Assembly: GCA_052327205.1 (NCBI GenBank)
Contig: CM126219.1
Coordinates: 50,840,001 to 50,904,000, forward strand
DNA length: 64,000 bases
DNA from: Somniosus microcephalus
Lineage: Eukaryota
Direction: 5' to 3'
Shown: piece after piece, positions 49,640 to 61,742 of the stretch
Numbering within the stretch: the stretch's first letter is position 1
Layout: each line of letters opens with the position of its first letter
The notes under the pieces: generated by a model
Told to the model about the DNA's origin: nothing
Seen by the model: only the letters and a program-made list of their open reading frames with translations
Database searches by the model: none
Program-made: the position numbers and the translations under genes

Positions 49640-50917
49640 CTAGTTGGTCAGCAGAGACCGCATTGCCTCCAGTAGTGACTCGACTGAGGCGGGGGAAGTT
49701 CCTGTCTGTACCCTTTGAGTTGAGGCTGCGGGGGTCCCGGCTTTATCGTCTCTCTCAAGCCTTTTACAATCCCTGCGCCACTGGCCCTCCTCCCCCCACC
49801 TGTAACAAGTGACCTTGTTCTGGGAGGGACGGCTCCCCTCCTGGCAGCACTCTTTCTTATATTGAGCCCCAGGTTTAACCTCGTGGACTTTACCCTTTTG
49901 CTGGGGGGTCTCACTATTCCTCCCGTTTCCATATGCTACCGTGAGCTGCCGGATTACAGTCTCTTCGGTTACTAAGGTGTCTCGGGAGTCAAACCATGTA
50001 TCAGCTTTTACCTTTATCTGGGGCAGGCAATTGGACACCAGGCAACGAAACCATTCGGTCTGCTGCCGCTGGTTCAGTTGTGCCCTATCTTGTCCCCCTG
50101 CACAGGCACGGTTGTAGACTGGCCACAGCCTGTCTGCAAATGCCTGTGGAGTCTCCCCTTCCTTCTGCAGTGTTTTCCCCACGCAATCGAATGGATTGCC
50201 ATCGTTCGCACACATAGCTTCCAGTATTTCCTCCTTCAGGTCCTCAAAACCCTTCTGCCCTCTCTTAGCCTCATCTGAAAGGGTTTGATAGAGCTTGCTA
50301 TCCACAGAGAAAAGCAACATTCTGGCTTTCTCTTCATCATCACAGCTGTTAACACCGGCTGCCTGGTCTACTTGTTGGAAGTACATTGAGGGGTCTCCCT
50401 TTTCAGAGAGCATGGGAATATGTTTCACCATGCCTCTGAGCTGTTGGGTATCATAGGGTACCAGATAGGTATTTTGAACAGCCCCTGGGTCATTATCATT
50501 CACAGGCGGACCGTACCTCCGTTGTCGGAGGGGGTACACTGGTCCTGGTCCCTGCCTGGCTAGCGGGACCTGCTGGCATTCTCCTACCACCCCATTGTCC
50601 ACCCCTTCTTGCTGCCAGAGCTCCTCAAAACCCGGAGCTGTGGGCTGCTGTCTTGGGATCTCTAATTCCCTAGCCAGCCTTTCCCTGGGTGTTGCCTGTG
50701 GGGCGGTTTGATTTGGGCTGCTGGTAAAATCCGGCTGACCTGCCTTCGGGGCGATCAGGCAAATCATCCCCCTTGCTCCTTTTAAAGCCACATTAAGGCT
50801 TTCTACCTCTGCCCTACAGGGGCCATGATCTGCTTCACTAAACCTTTGGTCGCAGGCCAGCTTATAAGCTGCTGTAACTTCTGAGATGAGGCGAACATTC
50901 TCTTCCCACAGTCTCAT
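49640..50917 (-). CDS. gag: Gag-like protein (capsid-like region and degenerate zinc knuckle); frameshifted N-terminal coiled-coil part at 50914-51150
   Basis: Position directly after the PBS. QKEGETPQAFADRL (MHR-like) and CYRWGEEGQWRRDC (decayed CCHC). Confidence 0.75.
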   Translation of the reverse strand: MRLWEENVRLISEVTAAYKLACDQRFSEADHGPCRAEVESLNVALKGARGMICLIAPKAGQPDFTSSPNQTAPQATPRERLARELEIPRQQPTAPGFEELWQQEGVDNGVVGECQQVPLARQGPGPVYPLRQRRYGPPVNDNDPGAVQNTYLVPYDTQQLRGMVKHIPMLSEKGDPSMYFQQVDQAAGVNSCDDEEKARMLLFSVDSKLYQTLSDEAKRGQKGFEDLKEEILEAMCANDGNPFDCVGKTLQKEGETPQAFADRLWPVYNRACAGGQDRAQLNQRQQTEWFRCLVSNCLPQIKVKADTWFDSRDTLVTEETVIRQLTVAYGNGRNSETPQQKGKVHEVKPGAQYKKECCQEGSRPSQNKVTCYRWGEEGQWRRDCKRLERDDKAGTPAASTQRVQTGTSPASVESLLEAMRSLLTN

Positions 50918-51166
50918 CTTGCTATCTCGGCCTCAGTGGCTTCCTGCGCAAGGCGCTCTATCTCTGCCTGGCATTTTCCCAATTCTGACTCCCAATTCTT
51001 GGCCTCTTTAACCTCCTCCTGCACCCTCATCTCACCCTCCTTAACCCAGCCACCTATACCATGATAGGTCAGCCTACACGCTGCCGCTAACATACTGAAA
51101 ACGAGAGAAACAAGAGCTGATGCTTTCTCCAGATCCAGACCACTCATCATATCAAGAACTGCCTCC

Positions 51167-51185
51167 AGTCCTGCCGCGGTCGTCA
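51167..51185 (-). promoter_or_regulatory. Primer-binding site, tRNA-Arg(TCG)
   Basis: Plus-strand agtcctgccgcggtcgtca matches the vertebrate tRNA-Arg-TCG 3' end AGTCCTGCCGCGGTCGCCA at 18/19 positions (tRNA sequence recalled, not looked up). It lies 3 nt from the 5' LTR. Confidence 0.8.
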
Positions 51186-54100
51186 ATGTGCAGGGGGGCA
51201 TCTTTTCTGGGGTTTATGGTAATTTACCTGGTCAGCAGCCTTTGCCTGCACTCTGACCAATTCCAATCTTTTACCTGGTTTACGGTAATTCACCTGCTCA
51301 GGCAGCCTTTTGTTACTGCACTGTAAACCAATTTCCAAACAGCGGTTTTGAATCGCTAACCCCGCCTTCCAGTTCTGACTGGAGGAACTTATAATTAATG
51401 ATATATTAAAAATGGACAACTGATCTGGATGTGAGAAAGTCAAACTTTATTAAACTAAAGAAACTATAATCAAATTTTAAACTATACCACACGAACACAG
51501 TAATTACAGTAAATTGCTTAACAGGGGAAGGCAGATGGCAAAAATGAGGGATTAATGGCTACAATGTTAATTAAACAATCTTAGCAATTTCCCCTAAATT
51601 ACCACCCTCTAACTCTTTGCTAGGTTGCCTTGCTGAGGAGTCTGAAACCTGCTCACCTGCGGTCCTAGGAAGTAAGAGAGAGATAGCTTCTCAGGAGCTA
51701 TCTTTATATCCTGCCAGTCCCTGCTGTTTGGCACTGAAAGGGTCTGTGTGCAAAATTCGCGCCCAAAAGTCCAAATATACAAGAGAAAGGCTGTGATTGG
51801 CTGATTCAAAGTGGTTGGCGTGGTTAGAATGTGTCTACCTTCTGGGGCGGAAGTGTACCCGCCCACATCCGGAGTTCACCTGAGCTAAAACAAAAGGGAA
51901 TCCAACTGCCCTATTGTTCAGTAATGGGTGATTCAAAAACCCATTCAATCCAAACTGTTCTCTTTCAAAAATCCCTTTCCGGAGTTTCAATGTGCCTCAT
52001 TGTGTGTAAGAGGTTTGAATGGGGCTGGATTTCTGTGTAAACAGAAACTGATTGTCCTGCGGTTAGCATAACCGCAACCTAAGTGGATAATCCCTTATGT
52101 CAATAAACAAACATCGATTGCTTCTATAGAGAAGGGAAACTCCCTGGTTTGATTGACAGGTCTGACTGCCACTGCTTGATTCTCCCACTTACACAGATAC
52201 TTCGAGCTGTGAGCTGCTTTTGTCTTTTGGCCATGCTTTCTGACAGCCATTTTTTAAACCCCTTTACAATTACCAAACTCCAGGGAACAATTTTATTAAT
52301 AAAGTGTACTGTCTTAAAGTGTGTGAATTTTTCCACGAAATTCCTTGACTCCGGTTTTGTCCATCCCAACGTAGCATTTTGTGGTTCTGGGCACATTTTA
52401 AAGCATCACACAATTCTTCGTCCACGATGTGGACCAATATTTTCCGATCTTCAGGGATTTAGGGGATTTTTGCGAACCCCTACAGAATGTACTGGCAGGA
52501 TGAGACACAGCTGCCATGTGGGAGAGAGAAAAAAAAGGAAAGGGGGGAGGAAGGGAAAACCTAAAACAAAGGGGTGGGAAAAAATAAGTAAAAATGTAAT
52601 AGGGGCCGAGGTTATGATCTGAAATTGTTGAACTCGATATTGAGTCCAGAAGGCCTGGCACTTGTATGGCACGAATGTTACTTGCCATTTATCAGCCCAA
52701 GCCTGGATGTTGTTCCGATCTTGCTGCATGCAGGCACAGACTGTTTCATTATCTTTTGAATATAGGAGTAGTAAGATAAGACAGTTAACATGTGGATGGA
52801 GAAATGGTGCAGGAGGGAGGGCTTCAGGTTCTTGGTGCATTGGAACCAGTTCTGGGGCAGAAGCGACCTGTACAAGATGGACGGATTGCACCACAACAGG
52901 CCTGGGTCCAATGTCCTCACAGGGAGCTTAACTAGTGTTGTGGGGAAGGGTTTAAACTAATTTAGCCACAGGAAGGGCACCAGGATGAAGCATTAGAGAG
53001 GAGATACAAGGTGCGCAGAGGACTAGGTGAGAGAAACAGCATTAGAATAAAGAATAGTTCAGAAATAGGAGGGAGCAGAACAGGGGGAAATATGAGGCAA
53101 ACTATGATGGGTTTGGAGTACATGTCCATAAATGCATGGAGGGTGGCAGATAAGGTTGGTGAGCTGCAAGCATAAGTAGCCACATAGAATTCTGATGTAG
53201 TTGCAATAACAGAGACCTGACTCAAACAAAGAGTGGAATGGACACGTAATATTTCTAGCTACAATGTTTTCAGGAAAGATAGGAAAGGAAAAAAAAGGGA
53301 GGAGGGTGGCAGTATTGATCAAAGATACTATTATATCACTGGAAAGGCATGATGTACTTGAGGGTTCAAAGACAGAATCTATTTGGTTAGAATTAAGGAA
53401 CAATAGAGGCGTTATTATGCTGCTAGGTGTATGTTATAGGCCACCAGATCGTGTGAAGTAGATAGAGGAGCAAATCTGCAGGCAAATTACAGAAAGATGC
53501 AAGAACTTTAGAGTGGTGATAATGGAGGACTTCAATTGTCCTAATACAGACTGGGAAAATAGCAGTGTAAAGGGCAAAGTGGGGGAGGAATTTGTGAAAT
53601 ATGCACAAGAGAACTTTCTTGACTAGTATGTTTCCAGCCCAACAAGGAATGAAGCAGTACTGGATCTAGTTCTGGGGAATGAAGTGAAGCAAATGGGAGG
53701 CCATCGAAGACGAGATAGCTTGGGTACAGACTAGCCACATTCCCACGAGGGGGAAAGGAAGGGCATCCAAAGCCAGATCTCCCTGGATGACTAAAGATAT
53801 AAAAATTAAAATAAAACAGAAAAAGGAGCTTTCAATAATTGTTGGGTTCGTAATTCAGTAGAGAAAAGCTGAATACAAAAAGTAACAGAAAAAGGATATA
53901 AGAGGGGCAAAGAGAGTATGATAATAGATTAGCGGGTAACCTGAAACTGAACCAAAAAGTATTTTATGAACATATAAATACTAAAAAGGTAGTCAAAGGA
54001 AGGGTAGGGCCGATTAGGGACCAAAAAGGAGATCTTCTTATGGGCATGGCTGAGGTTCCAAATGAGGACTTTGCATCTTTCTTCACTAAAGAAGAGGATG

Positions 54101-54257
54101 TCACAGTTAAGGAGGAGGTAGTAGAGAAATTGGATAGGATAAAAATAGATAAAGAGGAGGTACTTAAAAAGTTGGCAGCGCTCAAAGTAGAAAATAAACC
54201 CGGCAATTACAGGCCAATCAGCCTAACATTGGTGGTGGGGAAATTTTTAGAGACATT

Positions 54258-55012
54258 GGCCCAGAAATTCGGGTCGGGGGCTTCCTGCGGGTGCAAGACC
54301 CAATCTGCACTTACCTTGCACGCCGGCCATTGAGATGTGGGCCCCCGTGGAATTCCGATCCGGGGCCTGGTCCAGCTGCCGGCGCGCAGTGCTTGCGTAT
54401 CCCAGGGGCGCAGTTAGTTCGATGCGTCCCTTGGGATCACGTGGGCCATGGGGAGCCAATCAGAGCAGGGAATGCTCCATTCATAAGTCTGACAGGAAGT
54501 GCTGTCAAGGCTTATAAATACTACGGCTTAACACTGAATCTTCAAATAAATTTTTTAAAAACATCACATTTTTTAATAAACTATAAATTACATGAAATAA
54601 CTTTTAAACAATAATTTAAATTTTTGAAAAAAATAATTTTATTTTCTAACGGGGCTAAAAATAAACTTACCTTACTTTAAAGTATTTAAAAATAATAAAC
54701 CTGTGGAAAAAATGTTTTAATTTTAATTAATTCACCACTTACCTTGTAAAAAACAGGCCTTATGCCTGCTTTTTACATTTCTAAATTCTGCAGGCTTACC
54801 TTCCCGGGAAAACCTGTAAAAAAAAATGAAGTTCGATGCGCACGCGCAGCCTCTCCCGCGCACGCGTTCGACCTCTGAACCCCTTCGTTCAGGGGAACGG
54901 AAGTGCCGGTTTCCCGCGCATGCGCAGTGCATGCAGGAAACCGACACTTCCATTGGGCCTACGGGTGAGTACCCCGTGCGTACTCACCCGTGGAGACCCG
55001 AATTTCTGGGCC
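54258..55012. mobile_element. Harbinger-type MITE inserted in CR1 ORF2
   Basis: Perfect 18-bp TIR GGCCCAGAAATTCGGGTC. Subterminal hairpin acgggtgagtac/gtactcacccgt. It interrupts CR1 at GKFLET/IIWGKI. Confidence 0.9.
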
Positions 55013-55406
55013 ATAATAATCTGGGGCAAAATTAATTGGCACATGGAAAAATATGGGTTAATAAATGAAAGCCAGCATGGATTCGATAAATGCAAGATGT
55101 ATTTGGCTAACTTGATTAGTTCTTTGATGAAATAATGGAGAGAGTAGTGTGGTTGATGTTCTGTATATGGACTTTCAAAAGGCATTTGATAAAGTACCAC
55201 ATAATAGACTTGTTAGCAAAATTGAAGCCCATGGGATTAAAGGGGCAGTGGCTATACGGATACGAAATTGGCTAAAGGACAGAAAGCAGAGAGAAGTGGT
55301 GAACGGTTGTTTTTCAGACTGGAGGGAAGTGTGCAGCAGTGTTCCCCAGGGGTCGGTATTAGAACCACTGCTCTTTCTGATATATATTGACTTGGAGGAC
55401 ACCACT

Positions 55407-55837
55407 GCATACTTCAATGACCACAGGATGTCCCAAAATGCTTTACAGCCAATGAAGTACTTTTGAAGTGGAGTCACTGTTGTAATGTAGAAAATGCGGC
55501 AGCCAATTGGCACACAGCAAGCTCCTACAAACAGCAATGTGATAATGACCAGATAATCTGTTTTAGTGATGTTGATTGTGGGATAAATATTGGCCAGGAC
55601 ACTGGGGAGAACTCCCCTGCTCTTCTTTGAAATAATGCCATGGGATCTTTTACATCAGCCTGAGAGAGCAGACAAGGCCTTGGTTTAGCGTCTCATCTGA
55701 AAGACGGCACTGCCAGTGCAGTACTCCCTCAGTCAGGTTGTCAGCCTAGATTTTGTTCTCGAGTCTCTGGAGTGGGACTTGAACCCACAGCCTTCTGACT
55801 CAGAGTCGAGAGTGCTGCCAACTGAGCCACGGCTGAC
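55407..55837 (-). mobile_element. tRNA-derived SINE (same family as 28980)
   Basis: A/B boxes TGGCTCAGTTGG and GGTTCAAGTCC on the minus strand, with a shared body. Confidence 0.78.
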
Positions 55838-58169
55838 AGTTTTTGTTAAAGTGCCGGATGAGGTGAAGGATTAAATGGAGTTGAGGACCAGGACAGCTGT
55901 GAAATAAAGTGAGTCAGTGCTGCTGGAGAGAGAGGTCGAGAGCATGCATGTGGCTGCCCATGGCAGGAAGCAGCAAGAGCAGTGGTTTGAGGAACGCTGA
56001 ATATCACAGAGATATCTGTGATCAAGGGTGGATCCAAAACATGAAGGTGGAATTTAAGTTGGAATCCATATGGAATAAGTCGGAGTGGGAGACAAGTGCT
56101 GAGGGAAGTGATGTGACTTTGAAAGCAAGCTTTAGCAGACACGTGATCAAACACAAGAAGGGAAACAAAATGTAATGAAGGTGAACAAGGTAAAAGAGAC
56201 AAAAGGAAATCCTGTCGGAGAGAACAGAACTTCTTCAAGGTGGGCATTCTTGGATGAGAAGCAGCAGTGAATTAAACACTAAAAAAAAAGGGAAATACTG
56301 CGGAAGCTGGAAATCTAAATAAAAACAGAAAATCCTGGAAAACACTCATCATTCAGCACCTTATTTTGCACTGGAGGTTATAGGGGCTGCCCATTACATT
56401 CTCCTATCTTCTTCGAACGGCAGAAAATACCACATTGTCACAGTGTAAGGTTCAGGCTAAAAGCAATAGTTTAATCATTTACAAGTAATGCAATTATACA
56501 GAAGCAGAAATACAGGAGGACACTAATTATACAAATCCTTATAAAGCAACAACAATTGTATCAATCCACAAGATTTTAAATATCTTTTTTGTAACATATT
56601 TCCTTCATGGTTTAATTATCTGTAAGACTTGGAAGGCATGGAATTTCAGACTTGCTATGTTTGTGAAGAAATATTCTTCTTTACTTTACAGAGTCCAGCT
56701 GTTCACTTTGATGCAACTGAAAACTGAACTAAAAACGACAGGAAAGGTGGTTTTTTCCAAATTGACAAAAATAAAGAACGGTCACTCACGGTACTTTAAA
56801 GACAAAATGGTGCATCTGATGCATAAAATAGTTTGACGAGAAGCTGTTCACACATTGCCTAGGTGTTGCATCACTATGGATGCTTTGCTGAGGTTAAATC
56901 AATTTGCCCTACATCAAAGTCGCTGCATCCTGGTTAATCTGCAGATCAATCACCCTTTGCTTGCATTTTGGCATCAGCTTCCATTTTATAGCTTAGTAGG
57001 GAAATACAACTTTCATCTTAATGCTAATAACCTGTAATCCTATGGTCATTAATACAGGAATTTCCTATTTGAAGCATAGTGGAGCTCTGCCATCAAAGCA
57101 ATACTCTCCAAGGGGAAGTGAAATTCACTCTGTTGATGATCCTACCAAAAGGGTAAAGAAAAATTAGTGACTTTTCACTACAAATGGCTTTATCCAAATC
57201 AAGGTCAGTGCAGTCACTGTATTCCAAAGTTTGTGTCACATGAACATATCTGGCAAGCATAGAATGAGAGGCTGTGTTTATAGGTGTTTGCACAAGTGTG
57301 TACAGCTCTTCACATGTCCACTTGTGAAAGGAAGCCAAAGCTTGATGAGTGGAACATATGTATAAAGTTTGTTTAAAGTTGAATCATTTAAGTCATCTAT
57401 GTGGTATGTCAGTGTTTATGGAGTATATACAGCTGCTTTATGTATATTTCCAAGGAGACCTCTTTTCTAATAAAAATTCACTCAAGGGGGTGATTTTATA
57501 CCTAAAGAAACCTTTAGCATTGGTGGGGGAGAAATCATAAAATAATCAAAAACATGTTTAATGAAAATATTTATGGTTTGAATATAATTAGCTTTGCCAA
57601 ATAGGGACTTGCAAAAGAGATGCTACTTTTGATCAAAATCAACTGCCTGCAGTGTTTGTGGACTAGGAGCTCCAATACCATATGGGGATATATCGCTCGA
57701 TCTGAACCCTTTGAGCATACTATGGTAAATATAGAACAATATTTTCTTGCTCGAGTACAATGTTTAATTTTATACGCAGATGATTACTTACATGATGTCA
57801 GCCTTGGCTCAGTTGTAGCACTCTCCCCTCCGAGACAGAAAGTTGTGGGTTCAAGTCCCACTCCAAAGACTGAGCAGATAATCGAGGCTGGGACTCCAGT
57901 GCAGTACTGAGGGAGTGCTGCACTGTGGGAGGTGCCATCTTTTGGATGAGATGTTAAGCCGAGGCCCCATCAGTCCTCTCAAGTGGACATAGAAGATTCT
58001 ATGGCACTATTCGAATTAGAGCATGGGAGTTTTCCCAGTGTCCTGGCCAAAAATTCATCCCTCAACCAACACCAGTAACCATGATGTGGAGATGCCGGTG
58101 TTGGACTGGGGAGGACAAATGTAAGAAGTCACACAACACCAGGTTATAGTCCAACAGCTTTATTTGAAA

Positions 58170-58206
58170 TCACAAGCTTTCGGAGCGCTGCTCCTTCGTC
58201 AGGTGA
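58170..58206 (-). ncRNA. Minimal type-I hammerhead ribozyme
   Basis: tcac-CTGACGA-a-ggagc-agc-gctcc-GAAA-gc-tt-gtga. Intact core with a palindromic AAGCTT helix III. Confidence 0.75.
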
Positions 58207-60140
58207 AGTGAAGAGTTGCATATAAGCACAGCATATATAGTCAGAGAGTACTGCCAGATGATTACAGGTAATCTTTCTAACTGCCCTTTATCACACCTCG
58301 GCAGAGATAATCACAGCAATCAATGGTGTCCAAACAGGTCAGTCAGGAAAACATTACATCAAAGAACAATGAGGTGGGGTCAGAAGGGGTCAAATGTTGC
58401 AGATGCTGGAGTCTGTATGAAAAACAAAAAAAACAAAAAAAAACTTTTTTGCTGGCGATCACAGCAGGTCCGGCCGCATCTGTGTAGCGAGAACAAGCCA
58501 AGGACGACTCGAGTCTGGATGACTCTACGTCAGGTGGGGTTATATGTAGCGTGACATGAACCCAAGATTCCGGTTGAGGCCGTCCTCATGAGTGCAGAAC
58601 TAGGCTATCAGTTTCTGCTCGACGATTTTGTGTTGTCGTGTGTCTCGAAGGCCGCCTTGGAGAATGCTTACCCGAAGATCGGAGGCTGAATGTCCTTGGC
58701 TGCTGAAGTGTTCCCTGACTGGGAGGGGACACTCCTGCCTGGCGATTGTTGTGCGGTGTCTGTTCATCCGTTGTCGCAGTGTCTGCATGGTTTCGCTGAT
58801 GTACCATGCTCCGGGGCATCCTTTCCTGCAACGTATGAGGTAGACAACGTTGGCCGAGTCACATGAGTATGTACCATGTACCTGGTGGGTGGTGTCCTCA
58901 CATGTAATGATGGTATCTGTGTTGATGATCTGGCATGTCTTGCAGAGGTTGCCGTGGCAGGGTTGTGTGGTGTCGTGGTCACTGTTCTCCTGAAAGCTGG
59001 GTAATTTGCTGCGAACGATGGTCTGTTTGAGGTTAGGCGGCTGTTTGAAGGCAAGTAGTGGAGGTGTGGGGATGGCCTTAGCGAGGTGTTCGTCGTCATC
59101 GATGACATGTTGAAGGCTGCGAAGAACATGGCGTACTTTCTCCGCTCCGGGGAAGTACTGGACAACGAAGGGTACTCTGTTGGTTGTGTCCTGTGTTTGT
59201 CTTGTGAGGAGGTCTATGCGATTTTTTGCTGTGGCCCGTCGGAACTATCGATCGATGAGTCGAGCATCATATCCTGTACTCACGAAGGCATCTTTCAGCG
59301 TCTGTAGGTGTACATCACTTTCCTCCTCGTCTGAGCAGATCCTGTGTATTCGCAGGGCTTGTCCAGAGGGGATGGCTTCTTTAACATGGTTAGGGTGGAA
59401 GCTGGAGAAGTGGAGCATCGTGAGGTTGTCCGTGGGCTTGTGGTAGAGTGAAGTGCTGAGGTGTCCGTCTTTTGATGGAGATTCGTGTGTCCAAGAATGA
59501 AACTGATTCTGAGGAGTAGTCCATGGTGAGTTTGATGGTGGGATGGAACTTGTTGATGTTATCGTGTAGTCTTTTCAGTGATTCTTCGCCGTGGGTCCAT
59601 AGGAAGAAAATGTCATTGATGTATCTGGTGTATAGCATTGGTTGGAGGTCCTGTGCAGCGAAGAAGTCTCGCTCGAACTTGTGCATGAAGATGTTGGCGT
59701 ATTGGGGTGCGAATTTGGTCCCCATGGCTGTTCCGTGTGTTTGGGTAAAGAACTGGTTGTCGAAGGTGAAGACATTGTGATCAAGGATGAAGCGGATGAG
59801 TTGTAGGATGGCGTCTGGAGAGTGGCTGTTGTTGGTGTTGAGTACTGAGGCTGTCACAGCGATGCCGTCATCGTGGGGGATACTGGTGTAGAGTGCAGAG
59901 ATGTCCATCATGGCGAGGAGTGTTCCCGGTTCAACTGGTCCGTGGGTGCAGAGTTTCTGTAAGAAGTCTGTAGTGTCGCGACAGAAGCTGGGGGTTCCCT
60001 GTACGATGGGTTTCAGGATGCCCTCGACGTATCCAGAGAGGTTCTCACACAGGGTTCCATTGCCTGATACGATAGGACGTCCGGGTGTGTTGGCTTTGTG
60101 TATCTTGGGAGGCAGTAGAAGTCTCCCACGCGGGGAGTAC

Positions 60141-61742
60141 TGTCGGGTTCAAAAATCCACAACCACGTTTTAACAAAAATTGGATTGCCCTATACAGTTT
60201 AAAACCAACATTTTCAGCCAAGGCAGAGGTCCCGACAAGCAGGCTGGGATATGCCTGGGACATCTGAATACAGGGGACTGTGGCTCAGAGGCGAGCCATA
60301 GATGTCGGCCAATCGAAGCAGATTGCATTCTCAAAGGCCAATCAGGGGGCCGAGTCAGACCTGAAGCGAGGAAACCCCCGGCCAATGGGGACCACCCGGT
60401 CTGGGTTTGAATATGTGACTCACCCCTAATCGGGCTATGAATACAAGCCATCATCACCTTAATCAACTTGGACTAGGGACAATAGTCTTGGGATCACTAC
60501 AGTTAAGAGGTGGCCCAAACTAATCAAGTCCCAGGACTGACACAATGGGGCAGCAGACTTGGAGGAGCCAATGTGCACTCAAAACAATACCCCTGTCCTC
60601 ACACCTACCTGTATAAATAGGGAACACAAGAAGCACCAACGCTAAGAGAGAACTATTACCAGAAGAGCGAACAGGAGAGCGAGTTAAGACGCTGAGGGAA
60701 AAGATGAGCCAGGGAGGGATCAGTTGGGGCAAACTAACATCTAAAGAACTCCAACCGCGCTGAGGAGAAGATCCACCATCAGACCCCAGGCTCAATCCGT
60801 ATACTGAAGGTTTACTCCGCTACCAGACGGCGCAACATCGCCGCAAGAAGCCGTACCGTATAACAACTCCCGTTCCGGGGACCTCGACACGAACGACCGA
60901 AGTGGCTGTGGAAGTCGGCATTCACTCCAGTCATTTCGGGAACCTTTTCCATCAAGCACATACCAACCAACGACAACCGACCGAAAGCGCAATCAACAAA
61001 ACCAAACTTCGAGAAAACCCGACCAGACGCAGCAAGGTCCTCTCCAAGGTTCAGGGTACGGCGAACCCCGAGGCACAGGTCGAATTCCGACGACGACAGC
61101 AGCAACAACAACCGCACTCAAAATTCCATCTGTCAAGGGAGGAGGCTGAGAGTATAATCCAAGGGCCTGCAACTGTCAGCCTAGTTTAGGTAGGAAAGTG
61201 GGTTGGTGGGATTGGACTTGGTAAAGATAAAACTGTGTAAACATTCTCGTTGTGTCCGTTCTCACTCATATTTTATTTATAGTTATAAATATGTGTGTGT
61301 GTTTATTACATTTGTGGTAGAACTTACCTTGGCAAATAAAATTGGTTGTCACCTGTTCTTTTTCCAAGGACTACTTGTCTCCGAGTGTCTATTTAAAGTG
61401 TATCGTTCTCCACCCAAATTCTGGAGTTAGAACCAGATAGGGGCATTAGGGCGCTTCAAACCCGCCAAACAAGGGAACAGCAGACTAGGGAAAAGAGAGA
61501 GGACTCCAGGAGCATTTGGGCTCAGGAGTACCCCACAGATTAGGTATAAACTGTGCGGGTCGCCACCGTATTTTAGTCCTCCTCTATAAGCTGTTGTTCT
61601 CTATCTCCTTAGAGGGTGTTTAGTGACACCCGACCTGCAGGCTAACATAAGCTGCAAGGGTATAAAGGAGACCGAGGCCCAATACATCAACAGGCACTAA
61701 AGACCCCTGCAATTGGGCAGAACAGAGCCCCATCCCCCTACA
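60141..61742 (+). mobile_element. Solo LTR (1602 bp)
   Basis: TG..CA termini and a perfect 4-bp TSD GTAC; removing it restores the PLE sequence. CCAAT boxes at ~60310-60385, TATAAATA at 60612 and AATAAA at ~61335. Confidence 0.9.

Larger units (their letters stand above)
45166..52484 (-). mobile_element. Non-autonomous long-LTR retroelement (Gag-only; Gypsy/ERV-like)
   Basis: ~1.3-kb LTRs at 51189-52484 (5') and 45166-46472 (3') with termini TGTAGGGG..CCCCT(A/G)CA. PPT AAAGGGGGGGGGTC. Apparent 4-bp TSD gaag/gaa(t). Confidence 0.92.
44900..52652 (-). mobile_element. Short PLE 3' fragment (same family as 10010-12045), split by an LTR element
   Basis: 44900-45165 and 52485-52652 correspond to the reverse complement of the 3' end at ~11655-12045. 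The fragment is flanked by the 16-bp direct repeat gcctggcacttgta(c/t)g. Confidence 0.85.
44121..52765 (-). mobile_element. LINE 3' fragment (L2/Crack/Daphne-like RT C-terminus); pieces 44121-44899 and 52653-52765
   Basis: QAWADKWQVTF (52.7 kb) and IYKAQVRSVIEYSPLAW...QDKAARLI (44.6 kb). The tail is gaatgaataa. Confidence 0.75.
40320..55395 (+). mobile_element. Fragmented near-full-length CR1 LINE (pieces 40320-40873, 44040-44120, 52765-54257, 55013-55395)
   Basis: ORF1 esterase motifs CCLPGA, HVGTNDVG and DGLH; APE remnants (AITET, YRPP); RT remnants YRPISLT, YMDFQKAFDKV and PQGSVL. The pieces are colinear across the insertions. Confidence 0.85.

Noticed and set aside
57797-57870. tRNA gene
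   Set aside because: The A/B boxes continue into a SINE body found three times in the window, so this is a SINE head.
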